A stretch of 64,000 nt of DNA from Diplonema japonicum (GCA_964019335.1 OZ025693.1:310001-374000); one strand, 5' to 3'. Shown: positions 1-12,125, numbered from the stretch's first letter. Notes: generated by a model not told the origin, from the letters alone. Numbers and translations: made by a program.

Positions 1-1987
1 TGGCAGATCTCAGGCCTCCCGGAGTTCATCTTCGTCTTGTCGAAGATGTTCAGGTCGTAGTCGTCCAGGTTGGTCAGCTCACCGCAGTTCACAGTGTCGT
101 TGCCGAACAGGCCACCAGCCTTCCACATGCTGCACACGAACACACAGCACACCATGGACCTCCCCTTCACAGGCTTCCCGTAACGGGTTGTGTCGTAGAT
201 CCACGAGTCCTGCTCCACAATGGTGGGGATCACGTCAGACGACATGTTCAGCTGCGTCTCGGCGTACATGAACATCTCGGCGGCAGTCAGCCCGGTCGTT
301 CCAAGCCTCTTGTTCCATGCCTCCTCGTACAGAAGCTGGCCAACGGAGGGCACAATGTAGGCGGCGATGGGGAACAGGATCTCGATGTGGTTCCACTCCA
401 AGCAGGCCTCGAAGTCAGGGGGAAGGCAGGGGTAGTTGTTCTTCACAGTGTCGATCCACCCCCAGAGCATGGTGTGGTACCCGTACTGGAGACCCTCGCT
501 CTTGTAGAAGTGGTCCCACATGGCGGTCACGTTCAACTTGGCACGCTGGGCAGGGTCAAGAGGGGCCCACACAGCGTTGTAACCAGCCGCCTTCGCCTGC
601 TGGATCCATATGTTGTAGGGAGTGCGCTGGATTCCGTTCACAGGCCAGTACGAGGAGTTCGTGGTGCTCTCAGTGATCCAAAGCTCGTTGTTCGCGTCCC
701 TCATGGCAACAGTGGTGTGCCCGGTGGTGGAGCCCATGGCCCACCCAAGCATGGGGTCAAGACCATCAAGACGGATCACACCGATGAAGTCACCAGTCTG
801 GATGAGGTCGGGGTTCACACCAGTGATGCCGGTGTTGTTCCTGGGCTTCATGAAGGGCTTGATCTTCTGGTAGTTGGTCAGGAAGTAGATGTTCTCCTCC
901 ATCACCTTCTGGTCGGGGAAGTCAGGGTAGTGACCGGCCTCAGGCTGAAGGAAGAGCTGCACGGTGTCGAGAAGGTCGACCATGAGCTGAACCTCATCGT
1001 GGATGAAGGCGAAGAACCTGATACCCTTCTTGTTCAGGTCGTAGTCGACAGCGGTGGTGGCCCTCTGTGCCTTCCACACGATGGTGTGGCTGGGCTCCTC
1101 GTGCGAGAGCTTCATGAAGTGCATGCCGTCGACCGTCCCAAGGAGGTACACATCGCCAGTGTGGAGGACGGAGCACTCGGTGGCGGTGACAGTGATGGTG
1201 ATCTCGGTGTGCTGCTCGTTCCACACAGCCTTGGCCATGTTGTTCTTGCACCCCCTGTTGGTCCATGTCATGGCGGGGCCGTTGGGAACGACGTGCGCCT
1301 TGTCAAGGGGGATGAAGCCCCAGTAGGGGTACTTTGCCTCGCCAAGAGGGTGGAAGGGTTCGCCTTCCTTCCTCACCTGTGGTGTTGTGTTTTTGTGGTC
1401 AAAGGTGTAAAGAAAAAATGTTGTTGTGAGTGCAACAAAGGTCCCATCAGAAGAATTTACGAACAGAGGAATGAAAGGTTTGAATCAAGCAGAAAGGTCA
1501 TGCAACTGGTAATCAATGTGTCATCAAGTGGATGGGGGGGGGGGGGGGGAAGAAAGCAAAGGAAAAAATGTGAGTGAGAAACAAAAACAAAGAAAAAGGT
1601 ACAAACCTTCCTGAGAGCAGAGTTGTGCCTCTCAGCAGTGGCCTTCGCCTTCTTCACGAATGAGTCGACGTTCTCGCTCTTCCCAAGGCTCTCCAGGTCC
1701 TCCGCAAGGGACACGGTGTCGATCCCAGAGGCACGGCCCATCCACGACAGGATCCTGTAGATGGAAGGGATGTCCTTCAGCTGCTCAGAGGCCCACGAGG
1801 CAACCCTCTTCACAACCTTCAAACGAAGAGTGTGGAACTCCTCCTTCCCGGTGAAGGGCTCCCCGCCCTCCTCCATCCACGAAACGAACTTCTTGTCCCA
1901 GTCCCCACCAGAGGCTTGGAACATGGGGGCCTCCAAGAGGGCAGCCGAGCTGGCCCCGATAAGGGCGAGAAGGATGAGTTGTCTCAT
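1..1987 (-). CDS. Secreted permuted papain-like (YiiX/YebB, NlpC/P60-related) protein, paralogue 1; C-terminus runs off the window
   Basis: Exon 1 1607-1987 (MRQLILLALIGASSA signal peptide), GT-AG intron 1377-1606, exon 2 <1-1376. Near-identical to 19999-22158. Motifs IQTGDFIGV, GHTTVA (His) and SMVCCVFV (Cys after His, permuted order). Confidence 0.8.
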
Positions 1988-2104
1988 ATGCAATATGTCC
2001 TGTGAAGGATGAACTTCAAACGGAAAGGTTATTCTTTCGAAAAGAAAATAATAATAAAGGAGTGTAAAAAGTAAAAAGAAAAAAAAAAAAAAAAATAGTG
2101 TGTC

Positions 2105-2710
2105 TCAGTCTGTCACCATGCATGTTGTTTCTTCCGATTCGTTGAGGGGTGCAGGGGAGGGTTGGGGCACTGCCCTGTTCGCGAAGTAAGAAGCAGACAC
2201 CATCCAGATGACGTCGGCGGACTTGATGAAAACGACACGGAAGTGCCGAGGGATGTAGGTGAACATGATAATGTCAGCGGGAAGCATGACGACTTCGGCG
2301 GTGGCCCACGTCCCTGGGAAGGCGTGTGTGACTGAAGAGATAACCGAAGGGGAATCCTCTCCCCGTGGTTTGAGGAGTTCATTCCCTGTCAAACCGAGTA
2401 AGACGAAGTAAGTGTTGTACACAATGTTGTCCCATGCCATTTGGTGCCAGAACTTCCCTCCGCTGAGCTCGGGCAGAATGTACTCATACCACAAGAAGCT
2501 GTTCCCACCCCCGAGCACCCCGAAGCTTAACGCGAACCTTCCCGTTCGCCCCCAGTCGTGTCCTGTTTCTTCTCCCTTCACGAAGTCTGTCCCAGGCTCC
2601 GGTTCGTTCTTCACAGCAGCTTCGATCTTTTGGCATATGAAATCTGCCAAGGACCCGATCCCACTTGCTGCAGATACATTCAGAACAAGCTTTAAGAAGA
2701 AAGCTTCCAT
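2105..2710 (-). CDS. Mpv17/PMP22 family membrane protein
   Basis: GSLADFICQKIE...HDWGRTGRFAL..FG, WY, DNIVY and YIPRHFRVVF match the Mpv17/PMP22 pattern; first ATG at 2710. Confidence 0.75.
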   Translation of the reverse strand: MEAFFLKLVLNVSAASGIGSLADFICQKIEAAVKNEPEPGTDFVKGEETGHDWGRTGRFALSFGVLGGGNSFLWYEYILPELSGGKFWHQMAWDNIVYNTYFVLLGLTGNELLKPRGEDSPSVISSVTHAFPGTWATAEVVMLPADIIMFTYIPRHFRVVFIKSADVIWMVSASYFANRAVPQPSPAPLNESEETTCMVTD

Positions 2711-2938
2711 TTTGCTGCGGGGGAGGTCACCCCCCCCCTCCTCTCCCTCCTTCAGAACATCTTTCACGTCATAAATGAGTTTTTCGAGCAGAACAACAAA
2801 GTTCAATAGAAACGAAACAGAAAAGTAGAACTCGACCTTTTTAACGTCAAGGTGGCGCGGGGGGGGGGGGGGGGGGGTAAAGGAAAAATGTAGTGTAAAC
2901 TAAAACAAATTTCTCCCTTTAAAAAAAAAGGGGGGGTA

Positions 2939-4405
2939 TCATTGAAGCCAGGCAACCTTGTTTCGGGGTTTTCTCGCCACCGTTGGCGGGGCCGGCGGGA
3001 TGCCCTTCGTCTTGCTCCACTGCAAGAATGCAAGGGAATGCGTTGCAACACCAAAGGGAGACGTCTGGAGGAGCCTGGGAGGGGGGAAGCTGGAAGTAGT
3101 CTCCCCTGCCACGGCAACGGCCGTCACGGCGCAGGAAGTGTGGGGCCGCTTAAATACCTTCCCAGAGTCGCGCACCTTTTTGATAGAAGCCCGTAAAGAA
3201 TGGACCTCCTCGGCAAGAGAAGGGTGCATGCGAATCTTCTCGATCTCATCGTCAAGCAGCGAAACAAGTTTTCTTTCGGACTCCGGAAGTCCTTCCGGGG
3301 TGTCCCTTGCTCGACCCAACCTACTGGTTTGTCTATTACCGGGTGTGAATAAACGAATCCTCCCTGTTTTCGATTCGGGGGTGTTATGAGGGGGGTTGGG
3401 CCTTCGTAACGATCCATCTGAAGTAACCGGTCTGTGATGTTTGAAATCGCTGCCGTTTCTAGTACGCCCCAGGACGAGATCAACACGGGCAGAAATGGAG
3501 TGTTTGGTGATGCCTGCCCAGATGGCTGAAGAAACATCCACGCTTGAGAAAGGTATGCCACTAATCCAGAACACGATGGCTTGCTTCATGAACAATCGCA
3601 CGCGGTCTACCGACGGATCGCATGATGGTGTGGCGAGAAGCAGCCTTGATACAATCCTGTAGACTGTTAAGGGAACGACCTCGCAGAGGACCTCTGACAA
3701 GATGTCCCGGGCCTTCAAAGGGTTCTTGTACATAATCTTCCCCACATTGCACGAGATGCGATTTTGGAACCTGTCGTAGTCCTCCCCTTCGTACTCCACC
3801 ATCTCTCTCGTTAGCATCAACTCCTCGATGTGGTGGTACTGGACAAGGGGTGCTCCATCTGTCAAACCCTTAACAGTGTGTTCTAGCTGACCTGGGCGCA
3901 TATAAATCGACAGTGTTTCTTCTATCAGACTGCGGAAAAGCAATTTGTTGACTCCTTTGTCATGATTGTTGAAGAATTCTTTGATGGTCGTCATGGTGCT
4001 TGTTGTTAGGAAATCCACAGGGTGGCTGGATCGCTTTTTGCGGGGTTTCTTGTGGGTGGAATGGAGGTATAGAAGGCCTAGAACACCCCAGAAACAGTCG
4101 GATAAAATATCGGATAGTTCAATGGAGCAAAGTATCTTTGAAAAGATGCCCGAGATGCACCGAGGAATCTCCATCGCTTGCACCACCTCTTCTAGCACAG
4201 CCTGGCACGACGTTCCCTGCACTGGCACTGGGTTTGGCCCTTCCTCTCTAAAAACCGGGTTCAGGATCTGCTCCAGCGTCAGTTGAACATGACTCCAGGC
4301 AATGTCACTTTCTATCTCCACAACACCCCCCTTCCCTTCTCTCCTGTGCTCCCTTGCTTTAAGTTGGTTTCTTAGCTCAATTACTGCGCATGACGTTACA
4401 ACCAT
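2939..4405 (-). CDS. Hypothetical protein, possibly FAM227-like
   Basis: Long open ORF from ATG 4405. ILSDCFWG, DRFQNRIS and FWISG segments loosely recall FAM227 proteins; family call is weak. Confidence 0.45.
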   Translation of the reverse strand: MVVTSCAVIELRNQLKAREHRREGKGGVVEIESDIAWSHVQLTLEQILNPVFREEGPNPVPVQGTSCQAVLEEVVQAMEIPRCISGIFSKILCSIELSDILSDCFWGVLGLLYLHSTHKKPRKKRSSHPVDFLTTSTMTTIKEFFNNHDKGVNKLLFRSLIEETLSIYMRPGQLEHTVKGLTDGAPLVQYHHIEELMLTREMVEYEGEDYDRFQNRISCNVGKIMYKNPLKARDILSEVLCEVVPLTVYRIVSRLLLATPSCDPSVDRVRLFMKQAIVFWISGIPFSSVDVSSAIWAGITKHSISARVDLVLGRTRNGSDFKHHRPVTSDGSLRRPNPPHNTPESKTGRIRLFTPGNRQTSRLGRARDTPEGLPESERKLVSLLDDEIEKIRMHPSLAEEVHSLRASIKKVRDSGKVFKRPHTSCAVTAVAVAGETTSSFPPPRLLQTSPFGVATHSLAFLQWSKTKGIPPAPPTVARKPRNKVAWLQ

Positions 4406-4887
4406 GTTTCCAGCATTTTTTTTTTTTGCCCTTTCCCTTGGAGAGTGGTTTTTTTTTAAAAACAAGCAAAGATCAATAATTGCTTATCGGGAAATGGGAG
4501 GGGGAGGGGGGAACAACGCATGGAATAGGGAAAGAATGAAAAAAAAATGGGGGCAAAAAAGGGGGGGGGGGGGAGGGCAGGAAGCAGTTTCCACCTCCTC
4601 CTCCCCTCCCCTCCTCCCCCCATTGATTCTTTATGGAAAACAACACGTAGGGAAATAGAAAAAAAAAAGGGGTGGGGAAAGGGATTGGGCTTTTTTTTTC
4701 TTCTTTTTTCTTTTTCTTCTGATGATTTTTTTTGTTTCTGACATTTTTCACACACTATTCATTTCTTCTTCCTCCCTTTTTTTTTGTTGTTTTTTTTTTA
4801 TCCCTCCCTTTCCCCTCTCCCACTTTTTTTTCTCCATTTTACACCACAACACACACTCTCACCCCCCCCCCCCCCCCCCCCCCTGTT

Positions 4888-6722
4888 TTACACTGTTTTT
4901 TTCGCGTCCGGTTCTGGCATTTCAGGGTTTTCTAAAGGCCGTTTCCCATTTGGGATGAGGGGTGTTGTAGTTGCGCTGGGGATGCCACCATAAGTGTCGG
5001 ATGACGAATGGGGGAATTCAGAGAAGGTGTCTTGCGTTGCAAGGAGCTGGGAGCCGTCTGCCGCAAACTTGTGGAGGTCCAGGTTCTGCGTCTGCAGCTC
5101 AAACGAATCAAATTGCGTGAGCGTGGGAAACTTCTGCGAGAGGAGAGCTGTGTCGCCCCGACCTGGCAGGCCCTCGGGCTCGGACTTCTCCCAGTCCAAA
5201 TTCCACACAACTTTGTTACAATGCAGCAAGAAGAGGTGCCCTTTCCCTGTTCCAAAAACCACATACTCCCCAGAAGGGTGCACCGCGACCGTTGTCGTTG
5301 AAGAGATGTTCACAGAGTGCTCAACAGGCTTCCGGTTTGTTCCATTGATACCGATAACACCGATGGAAGCGTCTGTCAAGCCAACTACAGCAAAGTCCTC
5401 TGAGGGGTGCACCCGCATGGATGTCACAGGAATACGAGAAGCGCCTTCTTGGCGGGTGGTTTGTTCCGTAACTTCGAATATAAAGGAATCCTTGCAGCCA
5501 AGCCTTACCTCGCCGCCTTGCGCGAACTCTAAAAGGCTTTCCGTCTTCATCCGTTCTAACACCTTGTCAAATAGGACTGTTTCGTCCGCCACGGTCCACA
5601 CCACAAGCAGGGTTTTGTGACCGGATTTTACAACGCCTGCTATTTTCCCCCCGTTGTTTGATATGCTGACTGAGGTGCACCGTGTAATGTGCGATCGGTT
5701 TCCTAGTTTAGAAGAAGTGGTTTGGCTCAGCGAGAATTTTTTCGACTGGACACCGGGTGCGTTCCACATAACGCAATGTTTGTGCCCTTGTAGGGTCTGT
5801 CCTTCGAGTTCTATACTTGTGTACAAGAGAAGCGCGCCGCCTCCGTCTGTGCATGCTACAGAGGAACCGTCAGGACTTGCTGATAGTTCGTAGACAGGAT
5901 TCTGAAGCAAGATTGTTTTCGCTAGCTGTAAACAATTCGCGACTTTCCAGATTTTTATGGTGCAGTCCAAGGACCCACTGAACAGAGTGGACCCGTCGGC
6001 AGAGGAGGAGAGAGATGTGATTTTTACCCGGGGGATGTGTTCCTTAGACCATGACAGGCATTTCAACCGCTTATATGTCACAGGCTCGGTCAGTGAAAGA
6101 GATTTCCTTAGGTCCGGTGCATCGCCTGCTTGCTTCACAGCTTGCAGTGTTTCGTGTGTCGCGGGGGTAACGGTGAAACGAATGTTTCCTTTAAAAATGA
6201 ATTTGAAACAACACACAAAAAAAAAAAAAAAAAAAACATACCGTCGGTGAAGGAATGCATGCAAATGTCCTCTGGTCGGACTGGTCGGGATTCTGGAGCG
6301 CTTAAGATGGAGGTGATGAGTTCCTCGTCGGTGGGGTTCGGTTTTATTTTGAGGTTGGCGTTGGTTGCCAAGGAGTTTAATGTTTCCCGTGTTTTTGATT
6401 TCAGTATGGAGAGGCTGCTCGTTCGACTGAACGCTTCGGAAAATTGCAGTTGGTACTTTTCGATTTCTTGTTGGAGCTTTTCCTTTTTTTCGTCCTTCAG
6501 CTCCTTATGCCTGTTCGGCCCCTTCGTGGCCAGCTGTGGGACGCCCTCCTGCATGATGTCTAGCATCTTCCACAATCCGATTTTCCCGTCTTCGTCTCCG
6601 CATGCGAGCAGCCCCTTCTTTCCCAACCATTCCACCGCTGTCAGTCCAGCCCCACCGTGTGCCCCTTCATTTTTCCCTATTTTCCATAAACTGACATCTC
6701 TACCACTAGACCTGTCGTTCAT
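4888..6722 (-). CDS. WD40-repeat protein (2 exons)
   Basis: Exon 6242-6722, GT-AG intron 6189-6241 (FTD-G-NIRF joins in frame), exon 4888-6188. WD motifs LACGDEDGKIGLW and LFSGSLDCTIKIW. Confidence 0.75.
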
Positions 6723-6892
6723 TTCTTTTTTTTTTTAAAGTCCTGCTGTGATGATTCGAAAGGGGGGGGGGGGGGGATTGATTTAAAAAAAAGAAAAAGA
6801 AAATATGAAGGGGGGAAAAAAAAAAAAAAATCTTGCTGGTTGTTAGTGTACTCTTTTGCAAATTATATTTTTTTCTTTCTCTCTTTTTTTTT

Positions 6893-7122
6893 TTAGATCC
6901 CATCATCCAAGTATGACAGATGTTTTGGGACTGCTGCCTTGGGCTTCGGGCCCTTCACCTTTTGTGGAAAAGAAAATTTTTTTATTATTGTTGAATAAAA
7001 ATATATTTACATACCACAGCTTGGGGGTGTGCTGAGTTGATGCCACCACAATCTCCAATAAAGTGGGATATCTGGTCCTGCAGCTGCTTCTGTGTGTTTC
7101 CAGCCACGCAGATCTTGAACAT
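6893..7122 (-). CDS. 57-aa microprotein, copy B (MFKICVAGNTQKQLQDQISHFIGDCGGINSAHPQAVVKGPKPKAAVPKHLSYLDDGI)
   Basis: Exons 7015-7122 and 6893-6958, GTATGT..AAG intron 6959-7014, TAA stop; paralogue of 7295-7512. Confidence 0.8.
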
Positions 7123-7294
7123 TTTTCTTCTTTTTTTTTTTTGGTTTTGTGTAAATTACTAATTTGGTGCTAAGCTCAGGTTCATTCTCAGAAGGGTGCG
7201 AATATAATGGTCACAGTGTAGTTGTGTGTATTTTTTTTTTTTTTTTTTTTTTGTTGGGGGGACAGTATGAAACAAGAAGAATTAATTATATTTC

Positions 7295-7512
7295 CTAGAT
7301 CCCATCATCGAGATAAGCCAAATGGTGTGCAGCTGCAGGGTTGAGCTTGGGGCCCTTCACCTGTATTGGGGTCCTCTTTGTTTTCTTTTTCTCGAATTAC
7401 ATACCACAGCTTGGGGGTGTGCTGAGTTGATGCCACCACAATCCCCAATAAAGTGGGATATCTGGTCCTGCAGCTGCTTCTGTGTGTTTCCAGCCACGCA
7501 GATCTTGAACAT
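7295..7512 (-). CDS. 57-aa microprotein, copy A (MFKICVAGNTQKQLQDQISHFIGDCGGINSAHPQAVVKGPKLNPAAAHHLAYLDDGI)
   Basis: Exons 7405-7512 and 7295-7360, GTATGT..CAG intron 7361-7404, TAG stop; several synonymous differences from copy B. Confidence 0.8.
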
Positions 7513-7600
7513 TATTGTTTTTTTTTTTTCGTCCCCCTTTTACGATACAATCAAAACATGAGGGGGGGAAAAAAAACTTAAAAATAGAATAGAGTGGTCT

Positions 7601-7637
<37 letters not shown>

Positions 7638-8875
7638 TTCTTCGTCCTCTTTATTTTAAGAAAGAAAAATATGAAAAGAAAGGGGGAGAAGAAGAAGAAG
7701 AGAAAAGAAAAATCCTTTTATTTCACAACAGCTACAGGGGTTCTTTTTTTTTTTTTTTTTTTTTTGTTTGTACAAGAATAGAGAATCAAAAAAAAGGGGT
7801 GGAAGGAGGGGGGGGATATCTCAACCCTATAAATGCCAGCAATGAAATGATGCCCTTCTAACTTTATTCCGGGAAAAAAAAAAAAAAAAAAAAGAGAAAT
7901 ATACGACCCCGGCCAAAAGAAGTAAGTATATACAGTGCCCCCTTTCCACACCCCCTCCCATTCCCTTTCCATATGGTTGGAAAAAAAAAAAAAGAAAAGA
8001 AAATTGAGAACACTTGATTTTTCCTCTCTTGCTTCCGCTATCAAAGGAGCATTCATTTTTTTTGTTTTCCTCTTTTTTTTAATGGAGAAAAATACAGGGG
8101 GGGGGGGGGGGGGGGGGAGGTGAAGAAAAAAATAGCGACCCACAGAAGTGTGGTCTGAACCTCTTCGTATTGCTAAACCAAAAATCAGGTGTGGCATGCT
8201 GAAGTTTGCATTGGGAAGGGAGGAGGGTGGGTTGGTGGTAGTGAGTAGGTGAGTATTTATGTGTTTCTTTTTTCTTCTTCTTCTTTTGTTTCCCCCGTCT
8301 GTTGAGAAGAAAAGCTTTTTTTTCCCTACTCAAGACAATATAAAACAGTATTAAAAAAAAAAAAAGAGTCGGTTGATTGTTGTTTTCTTTTTCCTTCTTC
8401 CCCCCCCTTTTTTTTTTGCACAAACAGTAAAAAAAAGAAATTGAAACTTTCCGAGGGAGTGGGGAGTGGGGTCAAAAATAATTCACTATGATAGGAACGA
8501 AGTGGTTAGCAACGGCCCGCCGCGGTGACGTGCCTACCTTATGATGCTCCCTTTTTGGGGTCGTTCCCTGCTACCCACCGTAGTGCCTAGCTGTCGTTTA
8601 TATCTTCCAATCCTTTCAAATAAAAAAAAGAAATCTTCTATCATTATCAGCTAAAACTTTAAAAAAAAAAAAAAAAAAAGCAACAACAACAGAATGTAAT
8701 CTCTCTTTTTTTTTTTCTCATTTTCTTTTTTTTTTTTTGATGACAGCTCAGTCTCAACGAGTAGTTAAAAAAAAAAAAAAAAAAAAAAAAAAACCAAAAA
8801 GTAGAAGGGAAAAAAAAAAAAAAAAAAAAAAAAGTGTATATAATATGTGTGTACGAGGAGAGACAGGGGGAGATG

Positions 8876-8909
<34 letters not shown>

Positions 8910-9012
8910 ACATTTAAGGGTACCTGCGGTATGTGGCAGGACGCCTTGAACCCCCTGAAAAAAAAAGAGGCTAGCCATACCCCCCCCACCCACACCCCCC
9001 CCCCATTTCACA

Positions 9013-10290
9013 TCAATCCACACACAAAGCATTAGAAGCGTCGGTTTCAGAAGGAATGTTATCAAGCTGCTTTGATGTGTCTTCTATCTTAGTCTCCGGG
9101 TTGCAAAGGCTTCCTCGTGCCTGCACACGGAAAGATTGAACTTTTCGACGAGATGGCGCACGGGTATCTTTCCGGCTGTCCTTATAAGGCACCCCTTCCG
9201 ACCGCAAGAAACACCTCATCGTGTGCAGCAACGAAGGCGGGTTCAAATCCAACTTGTAAAGGTCATTGTAATAAGAACTGTCGCACCCACCGAACAAATA
9301 CAAAAAATTTTTGTGGTACAACATAGCATGCCCCAGCCTTGCTGTGGGTTTCGTACCGGCAACTTCTATCGCTTCAAAAGACTCAGATTTTATATTAAAA
9401 TTATACAGCGTATTTGTATACGTGTCCGTATCAGTAAACGCACCACCCCATATCAACAGACCCGAACATGTTGGTGAACCCAAGTCAGTTTTACGCCCAT
9501 CAGGCCGACCAAGCATGCACAGAAAAGATGTAGGGCGCACGACGACCTCATGCCCTATAACTCTCCAAATCCCTTGTGATAGATTGATAGAATACATGTC
9601 ATTTAAAGCCCTTCCTTGATACCCACCGAATAGGTACATGGTGTCACCTGACATTGCACAGTCATGGCCAAGCCGGCCTGTGGGAAGGGTGCCGGTTGGT
9701 GAACAGAGTTTCCACGTGAATGTTTTGAGATCGAGCATCCACAAATCGGATAGGTACGCTGACGAACCCGACGCGTCTTCGTCGCCTCCGAAAACGACCA
9801 TTTTGTGGTCCCATAAAACGGCAGAATGAGCTGCTCGTTCAACAGGTTGGGGACAGATTTCTGGCGAGGGGGTTTTGTTGGTCCATTTGTAGGTTTTGAG
9901 GTTCAGAACAAAAACGTCATTGCGCTTACCATAGACGAGACGTCCTCCGAAAAGAATCATTTCATCGTTGTAAAGAACAACTTTGTGTGATCTTCTGTGT
10001 GATGGGCCGCCTACGAGTGAGACATCTTGGTCTATGCACCTCCATTTCTGAAGGGATAGGTCATGTTCGTAGAGGTCGCCGTGGAAGGTTCGCTGGTAGC
10101 CGCCGCCGAATATTATCATTTTGTTGTTGTACTCGACGGTTGTGAACTTTGTCCTCGGGGGCGGGGTGTCCTGCCACTCGGAGTAGTTGAACGGGACGCC
10201 CTCGTCCCAGTTGGTCACCCTCCCGCAGATCCCCTTGGTGGCGTGGAGCTGTTCCCATTTTGGAGGCGGTTTACAACTGTTCTTCCGCAT
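9013..10290 (-). CDS. Kelch-repeat beta-propeller protein
   Basis: Six repeats of the type R..H......M.(I/L/V)FGG......D.....L....W. Confidence 0.9.
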   Translation of the reverse strand: MRKNSCKPPPKWEQLHATKGICGRVTNWDEGVPFNYSEWQDTPPPRTKFTTVEYNNKMIIFGGGYQRTFHGDLYEHDLSLQKWRCIDQDVSLVGGPSHRRSHKVVLYNDEMILFGGRLVYGKRNDVFVLNLKTYKWTNKTPSPEICPQPVERAAHSAVLWDHKMVVFGGDEDASGSSAYLSDLWMLDLKTFTWKLCSPTGTLPTGRLGHDCAMSGDTMYLFGGYQGRALNDMYSINLSQGIWRVIGHEVVVRPTSFLCMLGRPDGRKTDLGSPTCSGLLIWGGAFTDTDTYTNTLYNFNIKSESFEAIEVAGTKPTARLGHAMLYHKNFLYLFGGCDSSYYNDLYKLDLNPPSLLHTMRCFLRSEGVPYKDSRKDTRAPSRRKVQSFRVQARGSLCNPETKIEDTSKQLDNIPSETDASNALCVD

Positions 10291-10613
10291 TATTTTCTTC
10301 TTTTTTTTTCTTTTCCCACCCCCCCCCCCCGCCGCCCCTCCGCTCTCTCCGTCCCAACTGTTTATTTTTTTTTGAGTGGTTGTAAAACATGAATGGGGGG
10401 GGGGGGGTTATAAAATATATCTTTTTTTTTCAAAATAAAAAAAAACGGTTTATTATTTGTTCTTTTTTTTTTGTTTGTTTGACACTGTTAAAAAAAAAAA
10501 AAAGGAAAGAAAGAAAAACTAGTTTGGCGCTCCATTTGTTTGTGCGCACGAGCGGCAAAAAAAAAAAAAAAACAAAAAAAAAAAACCCCCCATTTCCCCC
10601 ATTTTCTTCCCTT

Positions 10614-12125
10614 CTAGCAATACCGGCCATTGAGCATTTCTTGTTCCACCATCTCCGGGGCGTAGCAACTTGACTCCCGCACACCCCAATTCGCGAACTT
10701 GTGAAAGCACGGCTGGTGCGTTGGGAGCAACTTGCACGCCATTCTCTTGTCAGATTTGTGGGGCACACCCATGTAAAACTGCTCTTGCGAGGCCGGGACA
10801 GGACGGTCGCCAGAAGGGTTCACATCTGTGATAACACGATGCGGGGCAGCACGGAGGCCAGCGGCCATGTACCCGAACGACGACCACGCGGTTGTCACGA
10901 GCGAGTCCGCCTCCGCAAGAAGCAGGACGTCAAGCAAGGCCATTTGAACACCTTTCGGATTGTTCGAACGAAGGAACGGCCCTGGACCGAAGATAACTTT
11001 CTCGCCGTTCCTCCCTACGTGTTTCAAGGCTTCTTTACGGGATTCTTCTGTATCAGTTGCTATGAAATAAACCACCTCCTCGTCGTTGGCTATGTCGAGG
11101 CTTGCGTCGCCACAGGTTTTGTACAAATCCCAATCCTTAGCGGTCATGGCGTTGGAGGTGAAGTCCCCGCCGGAGCGGACCTGTAAGCCGATCACGGTTT
11201 TCCCCTTGAAGTTCTTGCTGACGAACTCGTCACGCAGACGTGCCATGTGGTCGGTGGGGCGGAACAAATACCTCGCCAACGGCCCAAAAACATCCCCTTT
11301 AAAAATATCAGAAACTGCTTTTTTATAGTACGGGTTCCACTCCATATACGGGATTATGTATTGGTTCATGTTTAACTGGACGTCTGCCGAATACGCTTTT
11401 GAAAGATTGCTGCATAAAAGCCGTTCGGTTTCGGGCCAAGGCGGGTGGGGCGGGTTTCTAATGGTATGCCCGGCTGTACTGTACGGACGTTGTGGGTTTT
11501 TACCCAACCAGTCAAAATCGGGGTTTTTAAAAAGATCGGTGAACGATGCGTAAAAACCGGTATCCTCGACCACAAGTCTCTTCTTGGTAAGTAGTGATAA
11601 GAAGAATCCGGAGATGATCGTCATTAACCTGTTGCATAGTTGCCCAACCGGTTTAACCGTTAGAGTTGCGGCTGTGTTCAGGCCTGTCTTTTCGTGGAAT
11701 ATTGAGTAAGATAGGAGTAGCTTTCGAAGGTCTTTTCGATCTTCCCAGAACTCTTCAGAGTCTGCGAAGAACGTTGAATCATCTTCAGCGCCAACTTCTC
11801 CCGCTTCTCTTTCGTATAGTTTTGTGATGTTTTTCGCTTTTTTCCAGACGTTTCTTTTTTTCTTCACCCGTCTCGTGGTGGGGACCGGGGTTTGTTCCAC
11901 TTCTAATTCCTCGCTGCCTTCACTGGTGTCCTGTGTCTCAACGGGTTTTGAAGTCCTCTGTTTGACACTTGTTTGCGGCTGTTCAGATTCCGATTTTTCT
12001 TCCCGCGTGTTCACCTCTGCAGGGATGAATCTTGAAATCACCCAGAAATAAACACCCATTACTAGGAGGATTAGAAAGATATTTGTAGCAAGTACTCTTC
12101 TTGGCCTACGTGTAGGGGGGCGCAT
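10614..12125 (-). CDS. Type II membrane fucosyltransferase (GT37 / xyloglucan FUT-like)
   Basis: N-terminal TM anchor and stem, then GQLCNRL, VIGLQVRSG, YFIATD and ALLDVLLLAEADSLVTTAWSSFGYMAAGL fucosyltransferase motifs. Confidence 0.8.
   Translation of the reverse strand: MRPPTRRPRRVLATNIFLILLVMGVYFWVISRFIPAEVNTREEKSESEQPQTSVKQRTSKPVETQDTSEGSEELEVEQTPVPTTRRVKKKRNVWKKAKNITKLYEREAGEVGAEDDSTFFADSEEFWEDRKDLRKLLLSYSIFHEKTGLNTAATLTVKPVGQLCNRLMTIISGFFLSLLTKKRLVVEDTGFYASFTDLFKNPDFDWLGKNPQRPYSTAGHTIRNPPHPPWPETERLLCSNLSKAYSADVQLNMNQYIIPYMEWNPYYKKAVSDIFKGDVFGPLARYLFRPTDHMARLRDEFVSKNFKGKTVIGLQVRSGGDFTSNAMTAKDWDLYKTCGDASLDIANDEEVVYFIATDTEESRKEALKHVGRNGEKVIFGPGPFLRSNNPKGVQMALLDVLLLAEADSLVTTAWSSFGYMAAGLRAAPHRVITDVNPSGDRPVPASQEQFYMGVPHKSDKRMACKLLPTHQPCFHKFANWGVRESSCYAPEMVEQEMLNGRYC

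Noticed and set aside
7560-9000. Many poly-Phe/Lys/Pro/Gly ORFs here and in other intergenic regions
   Set aside because: Translations of homopolymer runs, mostly with non-ATG starts.
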